A stretch of 64,000 bases of DNA from assembly GCA_013265495.1 (NCBI GenBank), contig MU058065.1, positions 8,122,302 to 8,186,301 of the forward strand. The letters run 5' to 3'. The number at the start of each line of letters is the position of its first letter. Position 1 is the first letter of the stretch. The notes under the pieces were generated by a model. It searched no databases. It was not told the DNA's origin and saw only the letters and a list, made by a program, of their open reading frames with translations. The stretch comes from Vicugna vicugna (lineage: Eukaryota). Below are positions 28,205-40,822 of this stretch, piece after piece. A program made the translations under genes and the position numbers.

Positions 28205-28345
28205 TGAGGTAGACATTATTATCCCAATTTGAGGACAAGGAAACTGAGGCTCAGAGAGATTATGTCACTTGCCAAAGGTCAGAGGCCAAGTGCACAGCTG
28301 AGGTGCGGTATGAACCCAGGCCTGTTTGACTCCCAAGTCCACGCT
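28205..28345 (-). mobile_element. MIR SINE (representative; others near 6480-6620, 8590-8780, 14230-14380, 26560-26780, 34120-34300, 37300-37580, 55000-55470)
   Basis: MIR core attatcccaattt...gaggacaaggaaactgaggctcagagag...cacttgccaaaggtca. Confidence 0.8.
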
Positions 28346-28359
28346 CTGTGCCCGGAAGC

Positions 28360-28686
28360 CTAAAATTGCCTCCCACGTCGGCCCTGCGCCTGTTTCTGTG
28401 TGGCCATCAAGCTAAAGGGGGCTTTTACACTTTTAAATAGTTGGGGGGAAAAATATCAAAAGATGACTAATATTTTGTGACACATGAAAATTATATGATA
28501 TTCTAGTTCCAGTGTCCATGAATAAAGCTTTATTAGAATGCAGCTACATCTCGTCATGTATGTATTGTCTGGCTGCTTTTGTGCTGTAACAGAGGAGTTG
28601 GAGTCTTTTCAGGAGAGACTGCATAGCCCTCAAAGCATAAAATATTTACTATCTGGCTCTTTACAGGAAGAGTTTGCTGACCCTTG
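28360..28686 (+). mobile_element. MER58B-like hAT-Charlie MITE
   Basis: atattttgtgacacatgaaaattatatga...aaaatatttactatctggctctttacaggaagagtttgctgaccctt. Confidence 0.8.
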
Positions 28687-30699
28687 CCCAATGCCCTGCT
28701 GCTTCTTACCGATTAATGTCCTGCAGAGAAAACACCCCCTTCTCTAAAAGTATTGCTGCAGAAAGGACACCCGCTCCTGCAGCTAACAGTACTGACCCCG
28801 GATTCTGACTCTCCTCTGCGTGCCCAGCCAGCCCTGAGTTCTCACACCTACCACCCACCTCCCGGAGCAATTTGAAAGGCAGAGCTGGGGGCAGCCTCTG
28901 GACTCCGCCAGGCACGGACAGGCCGGAGCAAGCCTGGAAGGAGAGGGAAAGGGATTTAGACCCAGAAGTCAGCTTGACTTCTTTAATACCCTCACCCCCT
29001 TGATTCATGGTTTCCTGCCACATCTTGTTCAGCTGTGGACGTGCCCAGGCCCCAGGCAGGGACAGGCAGGCCAGAACCGATGAAAGCACAGGGGCCCCGT
29101 GCCCCACTGTCTTATCCGGCTTCCACCCTGGAGGTGGATAGAGGCCAGCTCAGAAGAGCCTCTGGAGGAGGGGATGGGGAATGGGGGCTCTCAGGCTATT
29201 CCCTCTTCATCCTCATCTTGAAACAAGAGCTTGGCCTGGCGGCTGTATCCCCCACCTGCCCCACACACCTGCAAAAAGCAGGCCTCTCCTTCACGTTGCG
29301 TAATCACCCTGGGAGAGTCTACAACACCCTTTGTCCTTCCATTGCCCCCTGGGGGGTGAGCTCCAAACAGCAGATTTTGTTCTTTGTGGCACTCCTTCAT
29401 TCAGCAGATTTCTGAGCATCCGCTGTGTGTCCAGCTCTGTAGAGACATGAAGGAGGTAAAAGCAATGGAGGCTCTTTCTATTTGTTTCAGGACACAAGAT
29501 ACACCAAATGGAGAAGCTACAGAACAATCCCAGCACATTCAAATTCTCGTACAAATGCTGAGTGCCAGTCACACACTTGGCATGCTCCAGATACTTCCAC
29601 ATCCGTGCTTTTACTTAAGCCACAAAACACTTTGGTAGCCTGGGTATCCTTAGACCCATTTTTACAAGTAAGGAAACTGAGACTGAAAGTTTGCTTGATC
29701 AAACGGCTGTTAAGAGGTGAAGCTAGGCTTTCAATGCAGGCCTCTGGTTCTAAAACCTGTGCATCTTTGAGAAATGGGGTTACCTCCCACAGGGTACAGT
29801 TGGGTGCCTGAGTGGGTACAGGTTGGTGATGTTGAGACAAATTTCTTACAGAAAAAAAGTCTTAACTGAACCCTGATGCAGCAGCAGAAAGCGCACCAGA
29901 CTAGCAATCAAAAATTCTTCTAGACCCAGCTCTGCCTTTTAATGAGTGATATGGCCCTGGGTGAGATTTTTTTTTTTTCTTCATCCCTGGGCCTCAGTTT
30001 CTCCTTCTGTAAAACTACAGTGGAGAAGCTGGACAAAGTGATCTCAAAGTACCACCCAACTTCATTGCCTCTCTCTGAATCTGCTTCACGGGTGCTGCAC
30101 TTAGGCACAGGATTCATCATTCAGCTCTGGCCCTGAATCACAAAGCTTAACCCTAATGCCTGTATCAGAACCTTAAAAAGACAGAGAAGCCCTAGTGAAA
30201 CTCAGGTAGTTGAGCTACATTGGTTCAAAACACAAAACTAAATTTTAAGGGAAAAATGGAAACCAAAGATGTTATATAGATGCTATCTTCCCCTCCTAAT
30301 TTCATCTTGCTTGGCTTTTGTGGAATTCTTTCTAAGAATAACTCAAGCTTCTGTTTAAAACTTGAGTTTTCAGAGCGTCCTGCAGCCAAAAACAAGAGAC
30401 AGGCATGTTGAAAAGGAAGCTGGTTAGGGCTGGCCAAAGGAGGACTGAGGCTTGAGGAACGGGGAGGATTTAGGCAAAGTGTGGGTGAAGACTTAACAGA
30501 AGGAAAGGGAGAAAGGGAGAAAGGTAGGAAGGAAAGATGGAAGGAAGGAAAGAAGAAAAAACAGAAAGGACCCTAAGGATTTGGGGGGAAATAGTGAGGT
30601 TACCAGTTGACTTTGATGGGAATTACCAGGGGGTTAAGAAGGAAAAACTGAAAATATGAGTGTCCTGAATGCTTTCAGTGAATTAAAATGTGACTTGAC

Positions 30700-31300
30700 A
30701 TCCTAGTAGCAACAAGCACACCTAGCACCCAAATCTTGGTCTCTAATACCATCCTTGGTATTAGCAGGAACTTGGGCTTCCTGGAGAATGGCTGATTCTA
30801 CTGCTGCAGCAATAAATTAATTAATTAATTAATTAATTACACACACCCACACCCACACAAGATAAACATCTTAGAATGCCTGAAAGTAAGAAAGTGCTCA
30901 AAAATTTTTTTAAAAGTTTAACCCACATTGATGAAAGTATGTTATAGGGACACAGGAGCCAAACAAAAGAGCTCCCAATGGACAAAGCTGGAAAAATCTT
31001 TGCAAACAAAGTAAGTAAAGTGATAATGATTTTTAAACCAAAGTAAACAACAAATATCTGTAAGTCTATATTGTTATAAATATATAATATGCTAAAAAAT
31101 AAATGAATAAGTAAATGAGGAGGAAGAGTAAAATCTCTTATAGATGAATTCCAAATAATTTATATAGAAACTCCTCCCTTAAGAAAGGGGAGCATAACCA
31201 TCAATTCCTTAATGTGAGCTGTGTATAATGACTTTCTTTCAAAGAATACAGAATGAAAGTGCAGGAAAAGAGTAATTTTATAGTGGAGAAACTTGACAAG
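30700..31300 (+). mobile_element. Old L1M (L1MC-like) 3'UTR fragment
   Basis: acctagcacccaaatcttggtctctaatacc...agagtaattttatagtggagaaac, homologous to 56040-56570. Confidence 0.65.
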
Positions 31301-31305
31301 CACAA

Positions 31306-31470
31306 CTGTCTTCTTGCTGTGTCCTCACATGTCTTGTCCTCTTTTTATAAGGGCACCAGCTCCATCAAATCAGGGTCCCACTTTTATGACCTCTTTTAAC
31401 CTTTATCACCTCCTTACCGATCCTGTTTCTAACATATGATTTTGGGAGGACACAAACATTCAGCCCCATG
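31306..31470 (-). mobile_element. MaLR LTR fragment
   Basis: cttcttgctgtgtcctcacatg...cttttataagggcacc...ttatgacctc...cacaaacattcagccca. Confidence 0.7.
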
Positions 31471-34400
31471 ACCCTTATGTACAAACCAAATAGCATACTA
31501 AATATGCATACTTATGCATATATATGCATATAGCATACTTTTTTTAAATCTCATGGGCTGAAAAATAGTGATAAAAGAAGAAAAATAGGAGCAAGACCAT
31601 TCATGGAATTTTAGATAGAGATATATGTGTAATAACATTATTGTAATACAAAGGATTGGAATAAACCCAAGTATTCATCAATAGGATGTTGACTTAAATA
31701 AATTCTGATAGATGCACACAATGAAAACATTATGCTGCTGTTAAAAAACAAGAAAGAGGATGCTCTCTGCATAACACTCTGGTAACATCACCAAGGTATA
31801 TGGTTAAGTAAACAAGTTGGTGCAGTATCTATTTAACTTGCAGAATATTTGTGCAAAAAAAGATGACGTGGCAGGGGAATAAGTGTATTTGCATTTTTAT
31901 CATATGTGCATAAAAAACTTGGTAAGTTATACAAGAAACTGATAACTTTTTAGCAATGAGAAAGGGAGTGGAATCAGGATAATGGGGGCAGGGCAGGGGG
32001 CAGAATTCTGACTATGTATCATTTCCTATTGCCTTTTTAATTTTTGAATCATGTAAATGTAGTATTTATTCAAAAAATAAATTGAACAATGGAATAAAAT
32101 GTGGTGATTTACAGAAAATCATTAACTTAAATAATAGCGAGGTGATATGTGGCTATGGCAGCAGTCATGAAGGTCCTGTGCAAATGACAGGTGCAGAGAA
32201 GCTCTTTTAATTGCCTGCCAATGGTGCCTCGGTCTGGCTCCGATTGATTGATTAGTTGATTACTGATCGCCCTTTAAATCTTATGTGCTGGAAAATAAGG
32301 TGATAAGAGAAGAAAAAAGACAGAGAGACTATTACTAGATTTTCATATGGAGAAGAAACTGAGAGAGGTTCTAACTCAGCGCCCTCAGCAAACAAAAGAA
32401 AGCGTAGGGGAAGGAAAGCTCAAGGCGTGTCAAGGCTCGCTGGCAGGGCTGAGACCTCCCTGAGCCCTGGGCCTTGCTCTTTTGGCAGCTCTGTCTCCCA
32501 TCAAGCATGTCCGAATGCACCCGCGTTGAATAAAGTTTGTTCGTATGATCTCTAAAGCATATTTCTAATTTTGCCTTTGAAGTGGTTTGACTATTAGTAA
32601 TTTATTAAATTAATGGTTGCTTATGATTCCTGGGTATTTTAATTGTGTTAAATTAAATTAATTGTGTTCCCCAGGGAGTCCTGCAAAATACGAAAACCTC
32701 AACTAAAAGTTGTTTTCATAGGAAAATTCTAAATGCTAAATTTCATAGTTAATGAAGATGACATAAGGAGAAGTTCCAATTAAACATATATTAATTTTGG
32801 TCTTGCAGTTTCCTTTGGTATTTTCTTTTTTCAGGACTTAAAGTTTCCTAACGCCTGCAAAGCTCATAAGTAAGAGGCACTATGAGCTAGTGGCAGCAGA
32901 GGTAGAAACCCACACCCTGACCAATGTACCCTCTGAGAACGCCAGTCCTCAAAAGGGAAGACAGAGACCCCACACTCCCATCATTGGCCTTGTCAACCAG
33001 AGTCCATCTCCTGCCCACAGACGCTGCTAAGCAGATCGTGGAGGTGATGGGACCCCACGGGGCCTATCCCCCGCCCATACACCATTCCTGAAATAGCCTG
33101 CTGTGCAAGGGGCAGCCCCTCCCTCTTCCAGTGCCTCCCTTCCATCAACCCTTCCAGCAACTCCATAAATCACCGAGGCTCTGCACAAAACCCCCTTCCA
33201 AGGTTTCCCAGAAAGGATCACTATGAAGTAAAACACATGGGGAAGGGTGGTGCTTCTTAGAGGCTGGCCAGGCATGAGGAGAGAGAAACCAAGAATGTAA
33301 GCTAGGGACTGCAAGCTGATGCCTACCAGGCCTTTGTCTTCACTATCAGAGCTCTTGGGCAGCCTCATTTTCATTTCCACTTGAGGCTGGGGGTGGGGAA
33401 GAGGGAGAGCTTTGGAGTGGGGTTCAGTATCCATACAGATGAAGGTGAGTCAAGGCTAGAAGCAGCCAGACGACCAGGACGAAAAGCCTCTGGGTCACAG
33501 AGTTCCAACTTCTCTTCACTTTAAGGACCCAAGAAATGACTACAACGCAAGACAAAGAGTCTAAATGTCTGTTTTTTGTGATTGTTTTTGTTTTTGTTTG
33601 CTTCAGGATTTTCTGTGACTAGAGATAGTACATTTTGATTTACAATGTTGTACTAGTTTCTGGTGTATAGCAAAGTGACTCACTTATACATACAAAAGTA
33701 TATATATATATATAAAATTATACATATATCTACCTTCTTTCATATTCTTTTCCAATGAATCTGTCTGTTTTTACAGGATGTGGCAGCACAGGGCCTGCTA
33801 CATAACTGCCCCTTCTCCTATACTTCAAGGAGAACACAGGAGACAGAGCTATTTAGTTAGTTATGTACTTACCGTCCCTAGTATGTACAAATGTCAATGC
33901 ATTATTCATTTACTGCATCTTTTATCCACTTAATTAATTCCTGTACTTGCTCAGTGCCTAGACTGTGTCCCTCAAGCCCATCCAGCACAGGCCCCCTGAG
34001 TTCCCATAAGGCACTGGCCTTAGCTTAGTCCATGCAAATACAATAATAATAATCATAACAACAACAACAACAGTTAACACTCATAGGCTTCTTTTTTTTC
34101 CAGTGGGCTTCTTTCTTGTGCCAGTGATTTTGCTAAGCACTCCATTTTTGTCCCATTTAAATTTTGGAGAACATGCTGAGATAAGGATTGTTATTATCTC
34201 CATTTTACAGATGGGGAAACTGAGGTCTGGAGAAAATAAGTATCTTTCCCAAGTCACACAGCTAGGGAAAGCCAGAGTCAGAAAATCCCAGGTAGTCTGG
34301 CTCGAGCTCACCCTTTGAATCAGTCCCACTTACTGCCTTAACTGGCTTCTGATGCTATTACAGGCTTGCTGGTGACCTGTGCTCATGCTCATCATGGGTT

Positions 34401-36861
34401 AAGATAAAAACCCTCCACTGGACTCAGAGTGGTCATTCCTAAAGCACCTGTGCTCAGGGGCAACACATCTCCATTCTAGCTCTGCGCCCCTGCCCCATCA
34501 TGCTTTCATTAACAAGCAGCTGGCACTAGCTTAGCTTTGCACATCCTCTCCTTTGAGTCTCACAGCCTCCCTCTGAGTTGGGCAGGGCAGGCCTTTTATC
34601 CCCACTCAGCATATGGGGAAACTGAGCATAACCAGAGTAAAGAGACTCGTCACAGGGCACTGCAAGCATTTGGTAGGGTTGCAACTCTAGCCCAGTTTCT
34701 AGAGCAAAAGCCATCTCCTATTGCTGGTACTGCATCTCAAAGTCATGATGAGGAAGGAAGGGAGACTCTCTAGGGTCCTTGGTCTATGGCTTGTCCTCAC
34801 AACAGTGGTCAAGGGGTTAAGGGGTTAAGGAAAGAGTCTTTCCAGCTAAGACTCTTCCCTTAATTATCTGTTCCTTCAGGTTATGCAGTTCCCAAAATTG
34901 GTCTTATGCTCAAAGCACAAATGTCCCCCTGAGGAGAGTAACACATTAGCTTCCTAATCCTTGTTGAGAGAGTTCACGGCCCCCTTGCAACAGAAAGGAG
35001 ACTACTGAGCTACAAGTGAGGCAAGGGGACGGGGGTGAAAGAGACAGCTGAAGGGAGGTAAGGAGAAACTTCTTTACCGTTCTACCAAAGTTGGTCCAGC
35101 ACACTACAGGCAGCCTGCTGAGTTCAGGGAATGGGAGATGGAGGCCACCATCTTTTCTCTGATCTTCTCTTCTGCTCTCTCTCCCTCACACTCATTCTGG
35201 TTGATCTAGTAGTGTTAAAGGATGCCAGGACTCAAGAGGAGGTTCAGGTGATCTGGGTGGGGTTCATGGGGCTTTTTGAAAGGAAAGCAAGAGGCAGTAA
35301 ATGAGGCAAACTATTCACCAGGGTCTTTGGAGCCAAAGGAATAATCCCAAAGACTAAATTCTCAAAGAAGTTCAGCATTTTTCAGCACAGCCAGCTTACT
35401 AGCTACCCGATGTGACCTTGAGCAGATTGCCTCATTCTCTCCAAACTCAGTTCTCTCAAGTGCAAAGTGAAGCTGGGAAGAGATATACCACCTCAGTATT
35501 GGGTGAAGATCAAATGAGACAATCTAAGTTCTCTGTAAACTCTAAGCCAACGGAGAGATGTCATTACTCCTCACTCACTATTCACCTTTACCCCTAACTG
35601 TTTGTTGTACTCAAAGTGAGTACCAGATTCTGCCATTAAATTCTTTTATTGGAAGAGATAAAAAAGGCAACACAAATTGAAAAAAAAAAGTTAGCATAAG
35701 AGAGCAGGTTTGGAGAGACAGTCCTGAACTGAAGTCAACAGCAGCCTTTACAAAGAAATGCCAAGTTCTCTAACCTTTGCACCACACCTCAAAGGGCAAT
35801 GGCCTCTGACTCATAGGTAATACAAATATTTTTTACTCTAGTATATTTCTTTGTTCAATACATTCATCCCATTTTCCCTGGGCCGTCTCCATATTTATCG
35901 ATATTATGGCTTCCTTTTAAACAGTAACCTGAGTAATAAAAATATCACAGGCACTTATTTAACAAGCCAGTTTCTGGAGTGAACCTCATAATTCTGTACC
36001 CGTGGCTGACCTCAGATCCATTCTTTCTGAGCCTCTGCATCGGTTTTGTTAAGTCCCAAAGGGCAGAGACTGTCATTTACCAGTGTATCGTCAGGGCACA
36101 ACACTCAGAAAAGATGCTTGCTAATAAATGGGAAATAACAGAAAGTCTGAAAACTTGTTTCTTAAAGGACTTAACACTTTGTCCCCAACATCATTTCACA
36201 ACTTCAACCAGTTGCATAATTCCCACCCCTCCTTAAGAAATTCCTGCCACATCAGTTTTCCCATAGTGAACTTTTCTGACACCCCCGGACTGGATTAAGT
36301 GGCCCTTGGTTGTGGTTCCACAGCTCTCAGACCAGACCAGCACTTACCTTATATTCTGTTTGTTGACTTTACTGCTAGTCTCCACTCCCCAGCTCCCAGC
36401 AAAAAGTTTGCCCCTTTCCTTGAGGACAAGGGCTGTGTTCTCTTCTCTTCTGTGTTTCCACCATAAAGACCAGTGATCAACACTAAGTCAGCAGTGGTTA
36501 AATAAATGAACCACAAAGGGTATGAAATGGGATGGGACGGGTGGTAAACACTTTGGGATGGGAGAGGGAAGAGATCCCTCTGTGATGTTTTAGTATAAGG
36601 ACTCTCTCATCCTACAGTGAGTCACATGACTGTGTGTGGTTTGTTTTCAAGGAATGGAAATTTTGATCTTGTCTGTGGTTTGAGGGTTTTAAGAAATTAT
36701 TTCAAGGAGCGGGCATCAAGAGATGTTCCTTTTAATGCTGTGGAAGTGTCTCAGTTTTTCATATCAATTTTGACATCCTGAAGCAGGTGTTTCAGTTGGC
36801 TCATGCCACAGGATCACTCAAACTAAGATTGTATTTCTTTACATAGCAAATTGTCATAAAT

Positions 36862-37197
36862 TGTATTACTGTTCACCACTACCTGGTTACCTCCTGTAAG
36901 GAGATCATGCTTAACCACATTGTTGAACTCTATATGGCCTTGTGACTTACTTTGCCAAGTAATATGGGCAGAAGTGATCAGACTCATCTCCAAGTGGATG
37001 CTGTAAGACCAGGTGTGTGCTTCAAATGCCCAGGTTCCCGAACAAAGACGAGAATGATAGGAGCAGAGCCCCAGCTGACCCCCAATGGACGCTGAGTGCA
37101 GGCAAGAGGTGATCATTCTTTGTTGTAGCCACATAACCTGGGAGTTTTTGGTTTGGGAGTTGTTGCTCCCACATAACCTGGCCTTTCTTGGCTCATG
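36862..37197 (+). mobile_element. Old MLT1-type LTR
   Basis: ggccttgtgacttactttgccaag..atgggcagaagtga...gagcagagccccagctgaccc...tttgggagttgttg pattern. Confidence 0.6.
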
Positions 37198-40100
37198 TCC
37201 AGATGCCCACATGTCTCTCGCCTTTTTTTAATCAATGAAAGTGTCCACACACAACTAGGCTGGTTTTGTGATTTTAAGAAAACATACTTCTTTATAGCTC
37301 TGTGGGCCTCAGTTTCCATGTCTGTGAAGGAAAAGAATAATAACATAATATCAAATGCTAATTAAATGCTTATCATGTGTCAGCTGAGCACTTTAGAAAG
37401 AGTATCTCATTTACCTTTACGACAACCTTATGAGGTAGGTATTATTATTATTATCCCCATGATACAGACAAGGGAACAGAGGCCTGGAGGGGTTAGGAAA
37501 CTTGCCCAGGGAAGTAAAGATACTAAGAATAATGAATGATGGAATGCAAATGACCTGACATCAGATCCTAGTCTCTTGATTTCCGTGCTGCACCTATGGG
37601 GTCATCTCTGAGATCCTGTCCATCTGGGACCTACTAAAACTCTGTGACATTGCTATATGGTAACAACTGCCCTAGGTCTTCTATTTTGAAACCAAGACCT
37701 GTTTGTTTCCACCACTACCCTACTCTTGGAGGGTTAAGAAAATCATTTGTGCTGTGCTTTGAACATCTTGGAGGAAGCCATCAGAGAAAGGGAGTGGATG
37801 CCCCAGTCCACAGAGGAGGATGTGCCTCCCCCGGGTGCAGGGGGTCTGCTCCAGCTACTCTCCTCTCCAAAGTCACTGTCTTGCTGTGTGAGAAACGTGC
37901 CGCCAAAGCAGAAAGCATTCCTGCTCCCGCTGGGAGATTTTCATACATAAAATGAAAACTGCCTCCTGGAGAAAGGTAGCCAGGTGGGGGCCTCTCCTGA
38001 GGGAGGCTTGGATGAGGAGGTGTGGTCTCATCATGTGGCTGTGGACTCAGGTTTGCAGTCCCAGGTTCCAGGGAATTTTGTTCATTTTATCCTACTAATC
38101 CTCTTCAGCCCCCTAAGAAAGGAGCAAGTCATGAGAATTTTCCCAAGAATGGATTCCCAGCTTCTTTCATAGATGACATTAGTGGAACACACACAGATGT
38201 CACGCATCTTGAGCCCAGTTAGACCTTGCAGTGAAACTGCATCCATCTCCCTTCTTCTGTCAGCAAAAAGGCTGTTCTGAGAAGACATTTTCATTCTCCA
38301 TGGCCCTCTCTCTTGATGACCTGGCTCGACAGAGTGGGAAAAAAGCTCAAGAATCCAACTGATCTGAAAAGAAACTTGTTCTTTCCAAGGAACAGAAATG
38401 CCAAACTAAGGGTTCCAGAGTCTCTCAGCCCAAGGGTGGTAAGGAATCTCTCACCCATAAACTGGTGCCCAAAATAACCCTGAACTCCTTCCAAGGCTCT
38501 TGCAGATTCAATTCTGGGTTCTTGTCATGGAAAGGGCCCTGGATTAGACTTTTGCCTCTGTCATCATCTAGCTGTATGACTGTGGGCAAGCCACTTCACT
38601 TCTCTGGATCTGCATCGCCTTCTCTTTGAAATGCAGTTGGATGAGACAACCTCTGAGTGTGGCCCCAGCAGCAGTATGATTCCAGGATGCCATGAGGTCT
38701 GTGGTTCCGGGACAGTACTGGCATTACTGTCTTGCCTGACCGTTGGAAAGAACAGCATCATTGGTTTACCTCTTCCCATCCACTCAGTTCTCCCTAAGTG
38801 TTATCTGGAAGTCTGATTTTTCTTAACTTCTGCCCCTCTACCTACCTTCCAGCCACATCCAAGTCTCCTCCTGCCCGCAATACCAGTGTGTACAACCTGT
38901 GGAGGGGAAGTACAGATGGATGCCACCAAATGTCACTGGCCACTTTGTTTTGATCCTCAGCAGCTCTGGCAAAGGACATGGTAGAACTGCTGTTGGGGTG
39001 TGTATGAGAATTTCCCTCATCTACCTCCCTATCTGCCATTAGCTGAGTTCATGGAGATTTGGTTCCATTCTAGCACCTCTAAAAGAGCAGAGTTGAAGCA
39101 TGAGAGGGACAAGACAGATTTTTTTTTTTTAGGGTCTTAAGCAATATGATTTGAGTAACCCCTCGTGTTTTTCTAGAAGAAAGTGTCCCACCAATAGCCA
39201 ATGTTCAATGACATCAACAAATCAATCCCTTGCTCAAGATCCTCTGACCACAACCCCAGTGCTTTCCATTCAGATTCTCCTCCCCATGCCTTCCTTTGGG
39301 CCATTAAATTCTTACTCCCTTCCCAGTGTCCTGCAGTACCTCCCCCTACCCCCAGCTGATCTTGGCCCTGACTCATTGGTGCTGACTCAAAGAAAAGCAG
39401 ACCCCTCAGGCGGCCGGAGGGTGGACCTGGGCCAGAGCCTGCAGAAATGGGCGGGAGGGCAAGCAGAGGCCAGGAAACCATCAATCAGCCTGTCACCAAG
39501 TCTTTGCTGATCCCCTCCCCCACTCCCTACCGGGACTTGGTCCCATGCCGAGCTGCGCAGTGGGGTCCCAGAAAAGGAAGGGGAGAAGACAGGAGTCTTT
39601 ATTTAGTAGCAACTAAAGATGTAAAGTTGGAGCTCTTTCCTTTTGGGGGTCCCCAAGTATGCTAACCCACCATCACTCACAGGAGGAAGGTTTGAGTACT
39701 GCCAGTAAAGGCTGCCACAGTGGAGTTTAGGGCAGGCTGGAAAGGGCAGCCAGGTAGGGTTTTGAAGCTGTATTTACAAAGCTTCAGATGTAAGATTATG
39801 TCAGTTGTTTATAAGAGAGAGAGAAGTCAAATGAAAATTATGGGGAGAGTTTAAGGCCCCCAAACCCATACCCTCGGTACTGCCATTGCCACCAGTCCCC
39901 ACGCTCCTCTCCTACAGGCTTGCTGCATGTGGAGCACCTCCTTTGAGTTAAAGCACTGTTTTGAAAATGTCCCTCCTAACATGAACCAACTAGGCTACTC
40001 AGTGTCTTTTTCGCCCTGTTTCTACCCAGGATTACATTTACAGACAGGGACTACAGACCCAGAGATTCAGTGGCACAGAAAAGTGACTTTGGGATGAGGC

Positions 40101-40704
40101 AGCTACACTCAGCACCCCAGAGCCCTAGGAGCTAGAGTCGCAACCCAATGACTTACCAGTGAGTAACTGAACTGAGGGCAGCTGTTCAATTCCTTTGAGG
40201 CTTGGTTTCCTCACCCAGTGAGGAGGAATAAAGCAACCTCCGAGGCCCTTGTGAGGAGGGGCACAATGCTAACACTTCAAGGGCACTTCTGCGAGGGAAA
40301 CTATACGTGGGCTCTGAATAAAGACGAGAGGGGGAGAAATGAGCTCATGGTGAGGACGCACCAGAGGAAATCTCACTTTCTCATTCTTCCAGACCTGAGT
40401 CCAGATTTCCGTGAGCAAAACTTATCATGGGCTCCCTCTGCTGTCCATTCCTTTTTTTAAAAAAATCTTTTAGGATGTTATTAATATTTTATTAATGTCT
40501 TATTAGTTCAACTCACAAATTGTGGCAAAGATTGTGCATGTACTTTTCAAAAAGATTTTGACCCATGGACAAATTGAAAAGTGAATGTAATGAATTAGAA
40601 TATTTTCCCATGCTTTTATAACTACCTTTAGTCTCTTTCTGCATTTTTGTCTTATAGCTAGAGATCTGAGGCATCTCCTCATGTGTAACAAAATGTATGA
40701 GAGG

Positions 40705-40822
40705 TACAATGACCACATATTAGTTTGCCAGCAGTAGTCTTGGTATATGCTTGTTGGCTCAACAATTCTCTTCACTCTGAAAATGTCCCAGTCAGGATGA
40801 TAAATTATATGATCAGTCTGAG
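40705..40822. mobile_element. MER94/MER81-like (hAT-Blackjack) MITE inside AT-rich, probably DNA-transposon-derived sequence
   Basis: tgaccacata...aaatgtcccagtcaggatgataaattatatgatcagtctg end pattern. Confidence 0.45.
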
